The translations under genes and the position numbers were made by a program. Positions 9,533 through 20,230 of a DNA stretch of 64,000 nt are shown here, one piece after another. Each line of letters begins with the position of its first letter. Within the stretch, counting starts at the first letter, position 1. The notes under the pieces are model-generated. The model did not search any database, was not told the origin of the DNA, and was given only the letters and a program-made list of their open reading frames with translations. The stretch is from Myxococcota bacterium (GTDB lineage: Bacteria > Myxococcota_A > UBA9160 > JAFDDA01): assembly GCA_965228475.1 (NCBI GenBank), contig OZ245817.1, positions 2,432,001 through 2,496,000 on the forward strand, given 5' to 3'.

Positions 9533-9726
9533 TAGTACGGCAGAAGCTGGTTCAGGCGCTTCTCGTCGACCGGATCGACGAGCGCGCTCTGGCGCAGCTT
9601 CCGCTTCCGCTTCGTGGTCTTCTTCGTGAGGATGTGCTGCTTGTTCTTGCGCATCCGCGAAAGCTTGCCGGTGCCGGTGCGCTTGAAGCGCTTGGCCGCA
9701 CCGCGATGGGTCTTCATCTTCGGCAT
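9532..9726 (-). CDS. rpmI: 50S ribosomal protein L35
   Basis: [21 protein letters not shown]...HILTKK..KRKRKLR...LLPY. Confidence 0.98.
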   Translation of the reverse strand: MPKMKTHRGAAKRFKRTGTGKLSRMRKNKQHILTKKTTKRKRKLRQSALVDPVDEKRLNQLLPY

Positions 9727-9729
9727 CGT

Positions 9730-10389
9730 CTAGTCCTTTTCGGCCTTCTCTGCGTCGGCCGGCTTTTCGGCCTTCCCTGCGTCGGCCTGCTTGCTCTCCG
9801 CCTCGGCGGCGGCCTGTTCTTCCGGGGCCTCTTCGGCCTCCTTCTTCGCGGCTTCCTTGATCGCGGCCCGGTCCGGCACCAGGATCATCGAGAGGAACCG
9901 GCCCTCCATGCGCGGAGCGCTCTCGGACTTCGCGATGTCCTGGAGGCGCTCCTTCACCACGTCGAGCTGCTCGTAGCCGAGCCGCCGGTGAACCATCTCG
10001 CGCCCGCGGAACATCAGGGTGACCTTCACCTTGTCACCTTCCATGAGGAACTTGCGCGCGTTGCGCAGCTTGAACCCCAGGTCGTGCTCGTCGGTACGGG
10101 GGCGGAGTTTCACCTCCTTCAGCGAAGCCGAATGGCCCTTGTTCTTGTTGGCCTTCTTCTTCTGCTCGTACTTGTACCGCCCGTAGTCCATGATCCGGCA
10201 GACCGGCGGCTGGGAACCCGGCGCGACCTCCACGAGGTCGAGTCCGTCTTCCTGCGCACGGCGCAGCGCATCTTCGGGCTGCATGACTCCGAGCTGTTCC
10301 CCATCCGCACCAATCACCCGGATCTCGCGTGCGCGGATCCGGTCGTTGATGCGGGTGACGTCCCGCTTGTCGCGCGTCGGAAAAGCGAT
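9730..10389 (-). CDS. infC: Translation initiation factor IF-3 with probable ATC start and Ala/Glu/Lys-rich C-terminal tail
   Basis: RINDRIRAREIRVI, LDLVEVAP, PPVCRIMDYGRYKYE, KEVKLRP, GDKVKVTLMFRGRE; GGAGGG lies 7 nt before an in-frame ATC at 10389. Confidence 0.93.
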   Translation of the reverse strand: MAFPTRDKRDVTRINDRIRAREIRVIGADGEQLGVMQPEDALRRAQEDGLDLVEVAPGSQPPVCRIMDYGRYKYEQKKKANKNKGHSASLKEVKLRPRTDEHDLGFKLRNARKFLMEGDKVKVTLMFRGREMVHRRLGYEQLDVVKERLQDIAKSESAPRMEGRFLSMILVPDRAAIKEAAKKEAEEAPEEQAAAEAESKQADAGKAEKPADAEKAEKD

Positions 10390-10589
10390 CAGGAATCCCT
10401 CCCCGGGGTGGATCTCGTCCGCGGCGCCTTCCCCGGGCGACGCTGCGGTTCCTGGCCGGTCTTCTTCGTTCGCTCCAAGAGCGTTTCGCGGCACTGCGGA
10501 GCTGCGGGCCCCGTCATCGGGTGCCCGAGCGAACCGCGGCGCCGCGAAAGCCGCTAGTAGAGCATCGCTAGAGCGTATGCGAAGAAGAC
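10390..10589 (-). promoter_or_regulatory. Highly structured spacer/leader between tRNA-Val and infC
   Basis: About 131-nt rod hairpin at 10459-10589 plus a second stem CAGGAACC/GGATTCCTG closing over the infC Shine-Dalgarno. Confidence 0.55.
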
Positions 10590-10591
10590 GC

Positions 10592-10666
10592 TGGTAGGCA
10601 CGGGCGGGATTGAACCGCCGACCCCCACCGTGTCAAGGTGGTGCTCTCCCACTGAGCTACGTGCCT
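10592..10666 (-). tRNA. tRNA-Val (GAC)
   Basis: Reverse complement AGGCACGTAGCTCAGTGGGAGAGCA-CCACC-TTGACAC-GGTGG-GGGTCGGCGGTTCAATCCCGCCCGTGCCTACCA. Confidence 0.97.
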
Positions 10667-10719
10667 GAAGGTCCGGTAACACCCGGCGCTAACTAGCCTT
10701 TTTACCAACGGGTGTCAAT

Positions 10720-11430
10720 TCATCGCCCCCGCCGGGGTTCGCCGCGGACCCGGGCCCGGGCGACGCGGTCGCCCGCTTCGAGGGGTTCGAGCTGGAGCCC
10801 GGGCGGCGGCGAGGCCGCCAGGCGCGAAAGGAGCCGCTCTCCGTGCTCCCGGGTCACGACCTCGAGCACGACCCGGCCCCGGGCGAACTCGATCGGCAGC
10901 GCCGACTGGGCCTTCAGCTGGCCCACCAGGGTCTCCTGGATCGCCTCGTAGGCCGCGTAGGACGGCAGGGTCTCGAGCTCGAGGCGGACCCGCCGGAGGG
11001 CGCCCTGCCCCGGGGGAGCCAGCATGCCGGCCCGGACCAGCCGCTCGCGGATCGGGCCCACGTCGACCACCGCCCGCACGAGCACGACGTACTCGTGGGT
11101 CGCGCCGGAGAGCGTCGTGAGCTGCTTGGTCCGGGTGCCCCGGTCCTCGACGACCCGGAAGCGGGTCACATAGTCCCGGGTCTTCTTCGAGAACAGGCGC
11201 CGTCCGACCGCGCGGGCCTCCTCGGCATCGAGGGCCGGCAGCTCCTCGGAGACGACCCGGTAGACCGCCTCGGCCACGCCGTAGCGGACCGCGTTCTGCC
11301 GGGCACCGTCGACGGCATCCCCGGGCCGGATCCCCGCGACGCCGAGCGAGTCGACGGTCCGGAGTTCGGCCCCGGCGGACGCGGCGAAGAGCGTCAGCGC
11401 GAGAACCACGAAGGAACGAGCGGCGCGCAT
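10720..11430 (-). CDS. Hypothetical exported protein
   Basis: ATG overlaps the dnaE stop; signal peptide MRAARSFVVLALTLFAASAGA; ARQNAV..GV.EAV helix is reminiscent of FlgT-N/LPP20-like domains. Confidence 0.7.
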   Translation of the reverse strand: MRAARSFVVLALTLFAASAGAELRTVDSLGVAGIRPGDAVDGARQNAVRYGVAEAVYRVVSEELPALDAEEARAVGRRLFSKKTRDYVTRFRVVEDRGTRTKQLTTLSGATHEYVVLVRAVVDVGPIRERLVRAGMLAPPGQGALRRVRLELETLPSYAAYEAIQETLVGQLKAQSALPIEFARGRVVLEVVTREHGERLLSRLAASPPPGLQLEPLEAGDRVARARVRGEPRRGR

Positions 11431-14400
11431 CAGAATTCGAGCTCCGTCACCGGGCGGCCGAACAACCCGTTCAGCTTCTCGAGCAGCGCTTCGGTCGGCT
11501 GGACGCAGTAGCGGTCTGGCAGTGCCAGCAGCGTCTCGCTCTCGCCCGGGATGGTCATGTGGAGCACGACGGCGCATTCCCCTCGGCGGGTCGATAGCAC
11601 GTCTTTCAGGGCGGTGAGGCGGTCGCGCGAGAGCTCGCCGGCGAGCACCTTCACGTGGAGGTTCTTGCAGAGGCGCTCCTCGGCCGCTGACAGCTCCATG
11701 CCGTCGCGGACCAGGAGCTTCGGCGTGTCGCCCTCCTCGAGCGTCCCCGTCAAGATGATCGGATCCGGGAGCTGCCCCTCCTCGAGCTGGAGCCCGGCCT
11801 TCAAGAGCTCGCCGAGCCGCGCGTAGGCTTCGGAGAAGACGACGAGGTCGAAGCTCCCCTCCATGTCCTCGAGCGTGGCGAAGGCCATGCGGTCGCCCTT
11901 GCGCGTGCGGGTCTCACGGACCGCCGTCACGAGCCCGCCGACGCGCACCACGGTGCCTTCCTTGCCCTCGACGGTCGACGCCGTGGTGTCGGTGAAGCGG
12001 CGCAGGGCCGGCGCGTGGGGCTCGAGCGGGTGGCCGGTGACGTAGAAGCCGAGCACCTCCTTCTCGTGGGCGAGCCGCTCGCGATCCGACCACTCCGGAG
12101 CCGAGGGCAGCTCGGGCTCCGGCGCCGCGGCGCCGCCCTCCATGCCGAAGAGGCTCTCCTGCCCGATCTCGCGGTCGCGCTGGGCCGCGGCGCCGGACTC
12201 GAGGGCCCGGTCGAGGCCGGCCCAGACGGCGGCGCGGTTCTCGTGGAGGGAGTCGAAGGCGCCGCACTTGACCAGGCTCTCGACGACGCGGCGGTTCACC
12301 TTCTTGCCGTCCACGCGCGAGGTGAACTCGAACAGGTTCGGGTAGCGCTCGCCCTCGGCCCGGGCGGCGACGATCGCCTCGATCGCGCCCTCGCCGACGT
12401 TCTTCACGCCGGCCATGCCGAAGCGGATGCCCTCCTCGACCACGGTGAAGTTCCGGCCGGATTCGTTCACGCAGGGCGGGAGCACCTCGATCCCGCTCTC
12501 CCGGGTGTGGGCGATGAAGCGCGCCAGGCGGTCGTTGTTGCCCGCCTCGATCGAGAGCAGCGCGGCGAGATACTCCTGCCGGTAGTTGGCCTTCAGATAG
12601 GCCGTCTGATGGGTCAGGAGCGCGTAGGCCGCCGAGTGCGACTTCGCGAAGCCGTAGCCCGCGAACTCCGCCATCAGGGCGAAGACCCGGTCCGCCTGCT
12701 TCTCGTCGATCCCGTTCTCTTTCGCGCCGGAGAGGAAGCGCTCGCGCTGCTTCTCCATCTCCTCGGGCTTCTTCTTGCCCATCGCCCGGCGCAGCAGGTC
12801 GGCCTCGCCGAGGCTGTAGCCGGCGACCCGGTTCGCGATCTGGAGCACCTGGTCCTGGTAGACGATTACGCCGTAGGTCTCGGCGGTGAGCTCTTCGAGC
12901 TCCGGCAGCAGGTACTCGACCTTGGTGAGGCCGTGCCGCCGGCTGATGAAGTCGTCCACCATCCCGGAGCCGAGCGGGCCCGGGCGGTAGAGGGCGACGA
13001 TGGGGATGAGATCGATGAAGGCACTCGGCTTGAGCTTCACGGTGAGCTCGGTCATGCCGGCCGACTCCACCTGGAAGACGCCCTGGGTGTCGCCCTTGCA
13101 GAGGAGTTCGTAGGTCGGGCCGTCGTCGAGGGCGGTGTCCTCGATCGAGAAGTTCGGGTCCTTGCGCTCGCGGATCAGGGCCTCGGCGTCGGCGATCAGG
13201 GTCAGCGTCTTCAGGCCGAGGAAGTCGAACTTCACGAGCCCGACCTTCTCGACGCAGCGCATGTCGAACTGGGTGACGCAGTCGCCGGATTTCGGGTCGC
13301 GATAGAGCGGGACGGTCTCGATCAGGGGCTTGTTGCCGATCACGACGCCGGCGGCGTGGGTCGAAGCGTGGCGCGTGAGCCCCTCGAGCCGCTGCGCCGT
13401 GTCGAGCAGCTTCTTTACCTGGCCGTCGGAGTCGACCCGCGCGCGCAGCTCCGGGGACTGCTCGAGGGCCTCGCTGAGCGTGATGCCGAGGGTCTCCGGG
13501 ACGAGCTTCGAGATGCGGTCGACCTCGCCGTAGGTCATGCCCAGCACCCGGCCCGTGTCGCGGATCGCCGCGCGGGCCTGGAGCTTTCCGAAGGTGATGA
13601 TCTGCGCCACGCGCAGCTCGTCGAAGCTGTCGCCCTCGTTGTACTTGTCCGCGACGTAGCGGATCACCTCGTCGCGCCCGCGCATGCAGAAGTCGACGTC
13701 GATGTCCGGCATCGAGATGCGCTCGGGGTTCAGGAAGCGCTCGAAGATGATGTCGTACTCGATCGGATCGATGCCCGTGATGCCGAGGGCGTAGGCCACG
13801 AGGCTCCCCGCCGAGGAGCCCCGGCCCGGCCCGACGGGGATGCGGTTGCGCCGCGCGTAGTCGATGAAGTCCGCGACCACCAGGAAGTAGCCCGGGAAGC
13901 CCATCTTCTCGATCACGCCGAGCTCGTGCTCCATGCGCGAGACGTACTCGGCCTGTTCCTTCTTGAAGGGCTCGTCGGGCCCGAGGCCGAGACGGTCCCG
14001 CAGCCCCTTCCACGTCTGCTCGGAGAGCACCTGCTCGCGGCTCTTCCCCACCGGCACCTGGAACTCGGGCAGGTGGTACGTGCTCATGTCGAACTCGAGG
14101 TTGCAGCGCTCGGCGATCTCGAGGGTGTTGGTCACGGCCGAGGGGTGATCCGCAAAGACCTCCATCATGTCCTCGGCGCTCTTCACGTAGAAGCCCTGGC
14201 CGTCGAACTTGAAGCGCTTCGGGTCGTCGAGGTTCGTGCCGGTCCCGATGCACAGGAGCGCCTCGTGGGGCTCGTGGTCGTGGGCTTCGAGATAGTGGGC
14301 GTCGTTGGTGGCGACGAGGGGCAGATTGAAGTCGCTCGCCATCTTGACGATCTCGGCGTTCACCTGGTCCTGCAGGTCGATCCCGTGACGCTGCATCTCG

Positions 14401-14936
14401 AGGTAGAAGCGCCCCTTGAAGATCTCCGAGAACTCCTGGCAGAGGCTCCACGCGCGCTCGCGCTGCCCGCCGGTGATGGCCCGCGACATCATCGAGGAGA
14501 GGCACCCCGAGGTCGCGATCAGGCCGGCGTTGCGTTCGCGCAGGAGGTCGAGGTCGATGCGGGGCTTGTAGTAGAAGCCCTCGAGGTAGCCCTTCGAGAC
14601 GAGGTAGATCAGGTTGCGATAGCCCGTCTCGTCCATGGCCAGGAGGAGCATGTGGTTGATCGCGTCGTAGCCCGATTCGTCGCGCTCCCGCTTCTCCTTG
14701 TCGAAGCGCGAGCCCGAGGCGACGTAGACCTCGCACCCGATGATCGGCTTCACCCGGGCGCCGACGGCGACCTCGTAGAACTCGACCGCGCCGAACAGGT
14801 TGCCGTGGTCGGTCATGCCGACCGCGGGCATGTGCAGATCGGCCACGCGCTGGACGAGCGGCCCTAGCTTGATGGCGCCGTCGAGCAGCGAGTACTGCGT
14901 GTGGAGATGGAGATGGACGAACGGTGCGTGAGCCAC
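11430..14936 (-). CDS. dnaE: DNA polymerase III alpha subunit
   Basis: FVHLHLHTQYSLLDGA, GPGRGSSAGS, FERFLNPERISMPDIDVDF, KFDFLGL, YGFAKSHSAAY; 1168 aa. Confidence 0.98.
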   Translation of the reverse strand: MAHAPFVHLHLHTQYSLLDGAIKLGPLVQRVADLHMPAVGMTDHGNLFGAVEFYEVAVGARVKPIIGCEVYVASGSRFDKEKRERDESGYDAINHMLLLAMDETGYRNLIYLVSKGYLEGFYYKPRIDLDLLRERNAGLIATSGCLSSMMSRAITGGQRERAWSLCQEFSEIFKGRFYLEMQRHGIDLQDQVNAEIVKMASDFNLPLVATNDAHYLEAHDHEPHEALLCIGTGTNLDDPKRFKFDGQGFYVKSAEDMMEVFADHPSAVTNTLEIAERCNLEFDMSTYHLPEFQVPVGKSREQVLSEQTWKGLRDRLGLGPDEPFKKEQAEYVSRMEHELGVIEKMGFPGYFLVVADFIDYARRNRIPVGPGRGSSAGSLVAYALGITGIDPIEYDIIFERFLNPERISMPDIDVDFCMRGRDEVIRYVADKYNEGDSFDELRVAQIITFGKLQARAAIRDTGRVLGMTYGEVDRISKLVPETLGITLSEALEQSPELRARVDSDGQVKKLLDTAQRLEGLTRHASTHAAGVVIGNKPLIETVPLYRDPKSGDCVTQFDMRCVEKVGLVKFDFLGLKTLTLIADAEALIRERKDPNFSIEDTALDDGPTYELLCKGDTQGVFQVESAGMTELTVKLKPSAFIDLIPIVALYRPGPLGSGMVDDFISRRHGLTKVEYLLPELEELTAETYGVIVYQDQVLQIANRVAGYSLGEADLLRRAMGKKKPEEMEKQRERFLSGAKENGIDEKQADRVFALMAEFAGYGFAKSHSAAYALLTHQTAYLKANYRQEYLAALLSIEAGNNDRLARFIAHTRESGIEVLPPCVNESGRNFTVVEEGIRFGMAGVKNVGEGAIEAIVAARAEGERYPNLFEFTSRVDGKKVNRRVVESLVKCGAFDSLHENRAAVWAGLDRALESGAAAQRDREIGQESLFGMEGGAAAPEPELPSAPEWSDRERLAHEKEVLGFYVTGHPLEPHAPALRRFTDTTASTVEGKEGTVVRVGGLVTAVRETRTRKGDRMAFATLEDMEGSFDLVVFSEAYARLGELLKAGLQLEEGQLPDPIILTGTLEEGDTPKLLVRDGMELSAAEERLCKNLHVKVLAGELSRDRLTALKDVLSTRRGECAVVLHMTIPGESETLLALPDRYCVQPTEALLEKLNGLFGRPVTELEF

Positions 14937-16490
<1,554 letters not shown>

Positions 16491-16502
16491 CGTCGGCGGT
16501 CC

Positions 16503-17966
16503 TTACTCGACCCGGTAGTTCGGGGCTTCCTTGGTGATGATGACGTCGTGCACGTGGCCTTCGTGGAGGCCGGCCGGCGAGACGCGCAGGAAGCGGGACT
16601 TCGTGCGCAGCTCCGCCAGGGTGGCCGCGCCGCAGTAGCCCATGCCCGAACGCAGCCCGCCCATGAGCTGGTAGATGCTGTTCGTGAGCGAGCCGCGATA
16701 GGGAATGCGGCCCTCGATGCCCTCGGGCACGAGCTTGCTCGCTTCGTCGACGTCGCCCTGGAAGTAGCGGTCGCTCGAGCCTTCGCGCATCGCGCCGAGC
16801 GAGCCCATGCCGCGGTAGGTCTTGTAGGAGCGCCCCTGGTAGAGGATCACTTCGCCCGGCGCCTCGTCGGTGCCGGCGAAGAGCGAGCCAATCATCACGG
16901 CGTTCGCTCCGGCCGCGAGCGCCTTCACCAGGTCGCCCGAGAACTTGATGCCGCCGTCCGAGATCACCGGCGTGCCCGCCTTGCGGGCGACGGCCACGGC
17001 GTCGGTCACGGCGGTGAGCTGGGGGACGCCGACCCCCGAGACGGCGCGCGTCGTGCAGATCGAACCCGGCCCGATCCCGACCTTCACGGCGGAGACGCCG
17101 GCCTTGATGAGGGCTTCGGTGCCCTCCCCCGTCGCCACGTTGCCGCCGATCAGCGGCTGGTCCGGGAAGGCGCCGCGGAGCCGCTGCACCGCCTCGAGCA
17201 CGCCGGCCGAATGGCCGTGGGCGCTGTCGACGACGATCACGTCCACGCCGGCCCGGATCAGGGCCTCGGTCCGCTCCTCGAGCTCCGGCCCGACGCCAAC
17301 GGCCGCGCCGCAGCGCAGGCGGCCGAGGCCGTCCTTGGCCGCGTTCGGGAAGCGCTCGCTCTTCTCGATGTCCTTGATCGTGATGAGCCCGCGGAGCTGC
17401 CCCTTGTCGTCGACGACCAGGAGCTTCTCGATCCGGTACTCGTGGAGGAGCTCCTTCGCGCGGTCGAGGGTGGTCCCCGGCGCGACGGTCACGAGCCCCT
17501 CGGAGGTCATGTGCTTCGAGATCGGCTGGCTCGTGTCCTTCACGAAGCGCAGGTCACGGTTCGTGAGGATGCCGACGGCCTTGCCGTCGCGGACCACCGG
17601 CAGGCCCGAGATCTTGTAGCGGGCCATCACCTCGAGCGCCTCGTCGATCGGCTGCTCGGGCGCCATGGTGATCGGGTCCGAGATCATCCCCGATTCCGAC
17701 CGCTTCACCCGGTCGACCTCGCTCGCCTGGCTCTTCGGATCGAGGTTCTTGTGGACGATCCCGATCCCGCCGTTCTGCGCCATGCAGATCGCGGCTTCGT
17801 GCTCGGTCACCGTGTCCATCGCGGCCGAGAGCAGCGGCGCCGAGAGCTCGATTTCCGGCGTCAGCTGCGTGCGGAGATCGACGTCCCGCGGCAACACCTC
17901 GGAGTGCCCGGGCACGAGGACCACGTCGTCAAACGTCAGCCCTTCGGCAAGCTTCGAAACATCCAT
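16503..17966 (-). CDS. guaB: IMP dehydrogenase with CBS pair
   Basis: [56 protein letters not shown]. Confidence 0.98.
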   Translation of the reverse strand: MDVSKLAEGLTFDDVVLVPGHSEVLPRDVDLRTQLTPEIELSAPLLSAAMDTVTEHEAAICMAQNGGIGIVHKNLDPKSQASEVDRVKRSESGMISDPITMAPEQPIDEALEVMARYKISGLPVVRDGKAVGILTNRDLRFVKDTSQPISKHMTSEGLVTVAPGTTLDRAKELLHEYRIEKLLVVDDKGQLRGLITIKDIEKSERFPNAAKDGLGRLRCGAAVGVGPELEERTEALIRAGVDVIVVDSAHGHSAGVLEAVQRLRGAFPDQPLIGGNVATGEGTEALIKAGVSAVKVGIGPGSICTTRAVSGVGVPQLTAVTDAVAVARKAGTPVISDGGIKFSGDLVKALAAGANAVMIGSLFAGTDEAPGEVILYQGRSYKTYRGMGSLGAMREGSSDRYFQGDVDEASKLVPEGIEGRIPYRGSLTNSIYQLMGGLRSGMGYCGAATLAELRTKSRFLRVSPAGLHEGHVHDVIITKEAPNYRVE

Positions 17967-18066
17967 GGCTGTGGGGACCCCCAACCGACAGGCCCGTCAG
18001 TTGGCGCCAAAGCTTAGTTAGCCCGCCCTTCTCGCGCAATATGCGCAGGGGAAACGAGAAGGCGTT

Positions 18067-18603
18067 CTAGCGAGCCGGCCGGCTCCCTACGTACCCGCAA
18101 CAAGCGAGGGGGAGCAGCTCGTCGCAGGAACGGCCACCGGCCGCGCCGGTCGGGAGCATCACACCTCCGGAGACGTACTCCGAGGCGGACGACCAAGCGG
18201 TGAGCGGCTGTTCACCGGCCAGGCGGAAGGGGTTGCAGTCTTCCTCGCTCAAGCTTCCCCATGCGAACTCCGGGATCTCGTCTGGCAGCTTCGTCGTGAA
18301 CGCCAGGGTGCCGGCACTGCACATCCGAGTGCTCGGGAACTCCCGCTGGCACTTCCTCGTTGCCCCGACCAACCCGCCGAGGTTGCCGTCGTAGAGCTCC
18401 TCGGTGAATCCGACCACCTGCCATTGCGCGGGCGGCACGGGCTCTGGCGCTTCGACCACGCGCACGTCCTGCACCTCCGGAAGGTTCGTCACCTCGACGG
18501 CGCCCGTGACCTCGATGCCCTTCGGCGGCGGAATCGGCGGGATCTCCTGCTCGGGGCAGCGGACCGCCACGAGGGCCAGGGACGACAGGATGAGAAGACG
18601 CAT
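18067..18603 (-). CDS. Hypothetical Cys-rich secreted protein or lipoprotein, DUF1554/endostatin-like motif
   Basis: GGAGG RBS; signal peptide ending in C; YDGNLGGLVGATRKCQ...MC and terminal C....PLACC. Confidence 0.6.
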   Translation of the reverse strand: MRLLILSSLALVAVRCPEQEIPPIPPPKGIEVTGAVEVTNLPEVQDVRVVEAPEPVPPAQWQVVGFTEELYDGNLGGLVGATRKCQREFPSTRMCSAGTLAFTTKLPDEIPEFAWGSLSEEDCNPFRLAGEQPLTAWSSASEYVSGGVMLPTGAAGGRSCDELLPLACCGYVGSRPAR

Positions 18604-18673
18604 GCGACCTCCTGGGGGAGAGCCGCTGCGAAGCTAAGGACTGGATCGCCCGAGCGCGAGGGCGGACTGCCCC

Positions 18674-20218
18674 CTAGGGAAGCACCCGCGAGAAGAGCCC
18701 GCGCAGGAGCGCCAGGGGCTCCTTGTCCCGCTCGAGGGGTAGGAGGAAGAGCGGGACCTCGTCGAACAGGCGGGTGTTCTCGCGCAGGTCGTCGGCGAGG
18801 GACTTCTCGCCCTTGCGGACGAGGACGACGTGGAACATGCGTGCGCGGGGCAAGGCGCGCAGGGTCTCGGCCAGGGGCCGGAGCCGCTCGGCGGCCTCGC
18901 CGATCGGCCCGCTCATCAGGAAGAGCGTGCCGATGGCGCCGTGGGCGGCCACGGGCCAGAGCGGCGCGTGCTGGCGCCCGGCCGGGACGTGGACGAGCTG
19001 GAGCGCCGTGTCGTTGTCGACCGGGACGCGGCCGATGCGCAGCAGGTCGTCGGCGTTGAAGTCTTCCTGGGTGAAGGCGTCTTCGAGCCGCGCGCCGGGC
19101 AGGCCGCGCAGAAGCCGCACGAAGTCGTGGGTGGCGCCCTCGTCCGCCGAGACCACGAGGAGCTTCGCGTGCTGGCCGGCGCGCGCCGCGCCGAGGCGGC
19201 CGAGCCAATCCCGCAGGCGGTGCGCCTGGGCGCTCGAGAAGAGCTTCTCCGCCTCCGAGAGCGGCGCCGCCGGGGCCGCACCCTGGCGGATCTCGACCAT
19301 GCCGCGCTCCGAAAGCGTCTGGAGCGTGCGGAGCACCTGGTAGTCCGGGTAGGAGCAGCGGTCCACCACGTCTTGCACCGTGCTGTAGAGCTCGAGCAGG
19401 AGCAGGACCTCCTGGGTCAGCGGGTGGATCGTGTTCGGGAGCTCGGCGGTCTTCACGCGCAGCTCGACCTGGGCGTCGCCCGTCGGGAAGGTCGTCCCGA
19501 GGCGCGCGAGCTCGTCGACCTGGCGCATGCCCTCGAGCAGCAGGCTCCGGGTCGAGGTCTGGATCTGGTGCGGCACGTCGCCCGAGCCGTGGCGGAAGGC
19601 GAAGCTGCCCTCGCCCCAGGTGAGCAGCCGGAAGAGCGCCTTCTCGCCTTCGACGGCGCCGACCGCGGCCTGGACCACGTCGCCGTTCGCGAGCGAGATC
19701 GTGCCCTCCTCGGTTTCGCCGCCGGCACCGGTGCGCGAGAGCTCGATCGTGCCGCTCTGGCGGTTGCCCTGGAAGAGCTGGATCAGGTCCGGGAGCGAGA
19801 TCTGCGTGAGTTTGCCGGTCACGCCCTTCTCGGTCTCGCGGCCGACGTCCTCGATCCGGGCGCGCCGGTTCACGATGCGCTCGATGCGGAGCGCGAGCTC
19901 GTTCGGCTCGACCGGGAGCGTCACGACCTCGTCGAGGTAGTCGCCCCGGGGCGCCGCGCTCTTGTGGTCGTCGAGAAAGACGAAGCGGATCTGGGCCGTG
20001 CGCGGGTTCGCGCGCAGGATCGAGGCGAGCTTGGTGGCGTCGATCAGCGGCAGGTCGAAGGGCGCCACGAGCACCGCGGGCGGCGTCTCGAGGGAGACCT
20101 CGAGGGCGCGCGTGCCATGGCCCACCGTGCGCGGCTCGAGCCCGTGGGCCCGGCAGGCCTCGGCGAACTGCGTGGCGCGCTCCCGGTGGTGGTCGGCGAT
20201 CAGGACGGAACGGGACAT
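18674..20218 (-). CDS. Pseudo-receiver / DUF4388 / degenerate MglA-like GTPase fusion protein
   Basis: REC-like N-terminus lacking the phosphoacceptor Asp; DUF4388 motif GKLTQISLPDLIQL...GTISLANGDVVQA...ALFRLLTWGEGSFAF...LLLEGMRQVDE; C-terminal LQLVHVPAGRQHAPLWPVAAHGAIGTLFL. Confidence 0.8.
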   Translation of the reverse strand: MSRSVLIADHHRERATQFAEACRAHGLEPRTVGHGTRALEVSLETPPAVLVAPFDLPLIDATKLASILRANPRTAQIRFVFLDDHKSAAPRGDYLDEVVTLPVEPNELALRIERIVNRRARIEDVGRETEKGVTGKLTQISLPDLIQLFQGNRQSGTIELSRTGAGGETEEGTISLANGDVVQAAVGAVEGEKALFRLLTWGEGSFAFRHGSGDVPHQIQTSTRSLLLEGMRQVDELARLGTTFPTGDAQVELRVKTAELPNTIHPLTQEVLLLLELYSTVQDVVDRCSYPDYQVLRTLQTLSERGMVEIRQGAAPAAPLSEAEKLFSSAQAHRLRDWLGRLGAARAGQHAKLLVVSADEGATHDFVRLLRGLPGARLEDAFTQEDFNADDLLRIGRVPVDNDTALQLVHVPAGRQHAPLWPVAAHGAIGTLFLMSGPIGEAAERLRPLAETLRALPRARMFHVVLVRKGEKSLADDLRENTRLFDEVPLFLLPLERDKEPLALLRGLFSRVLP

Positions 20219-20230
20219 GCGATCGTCCTC

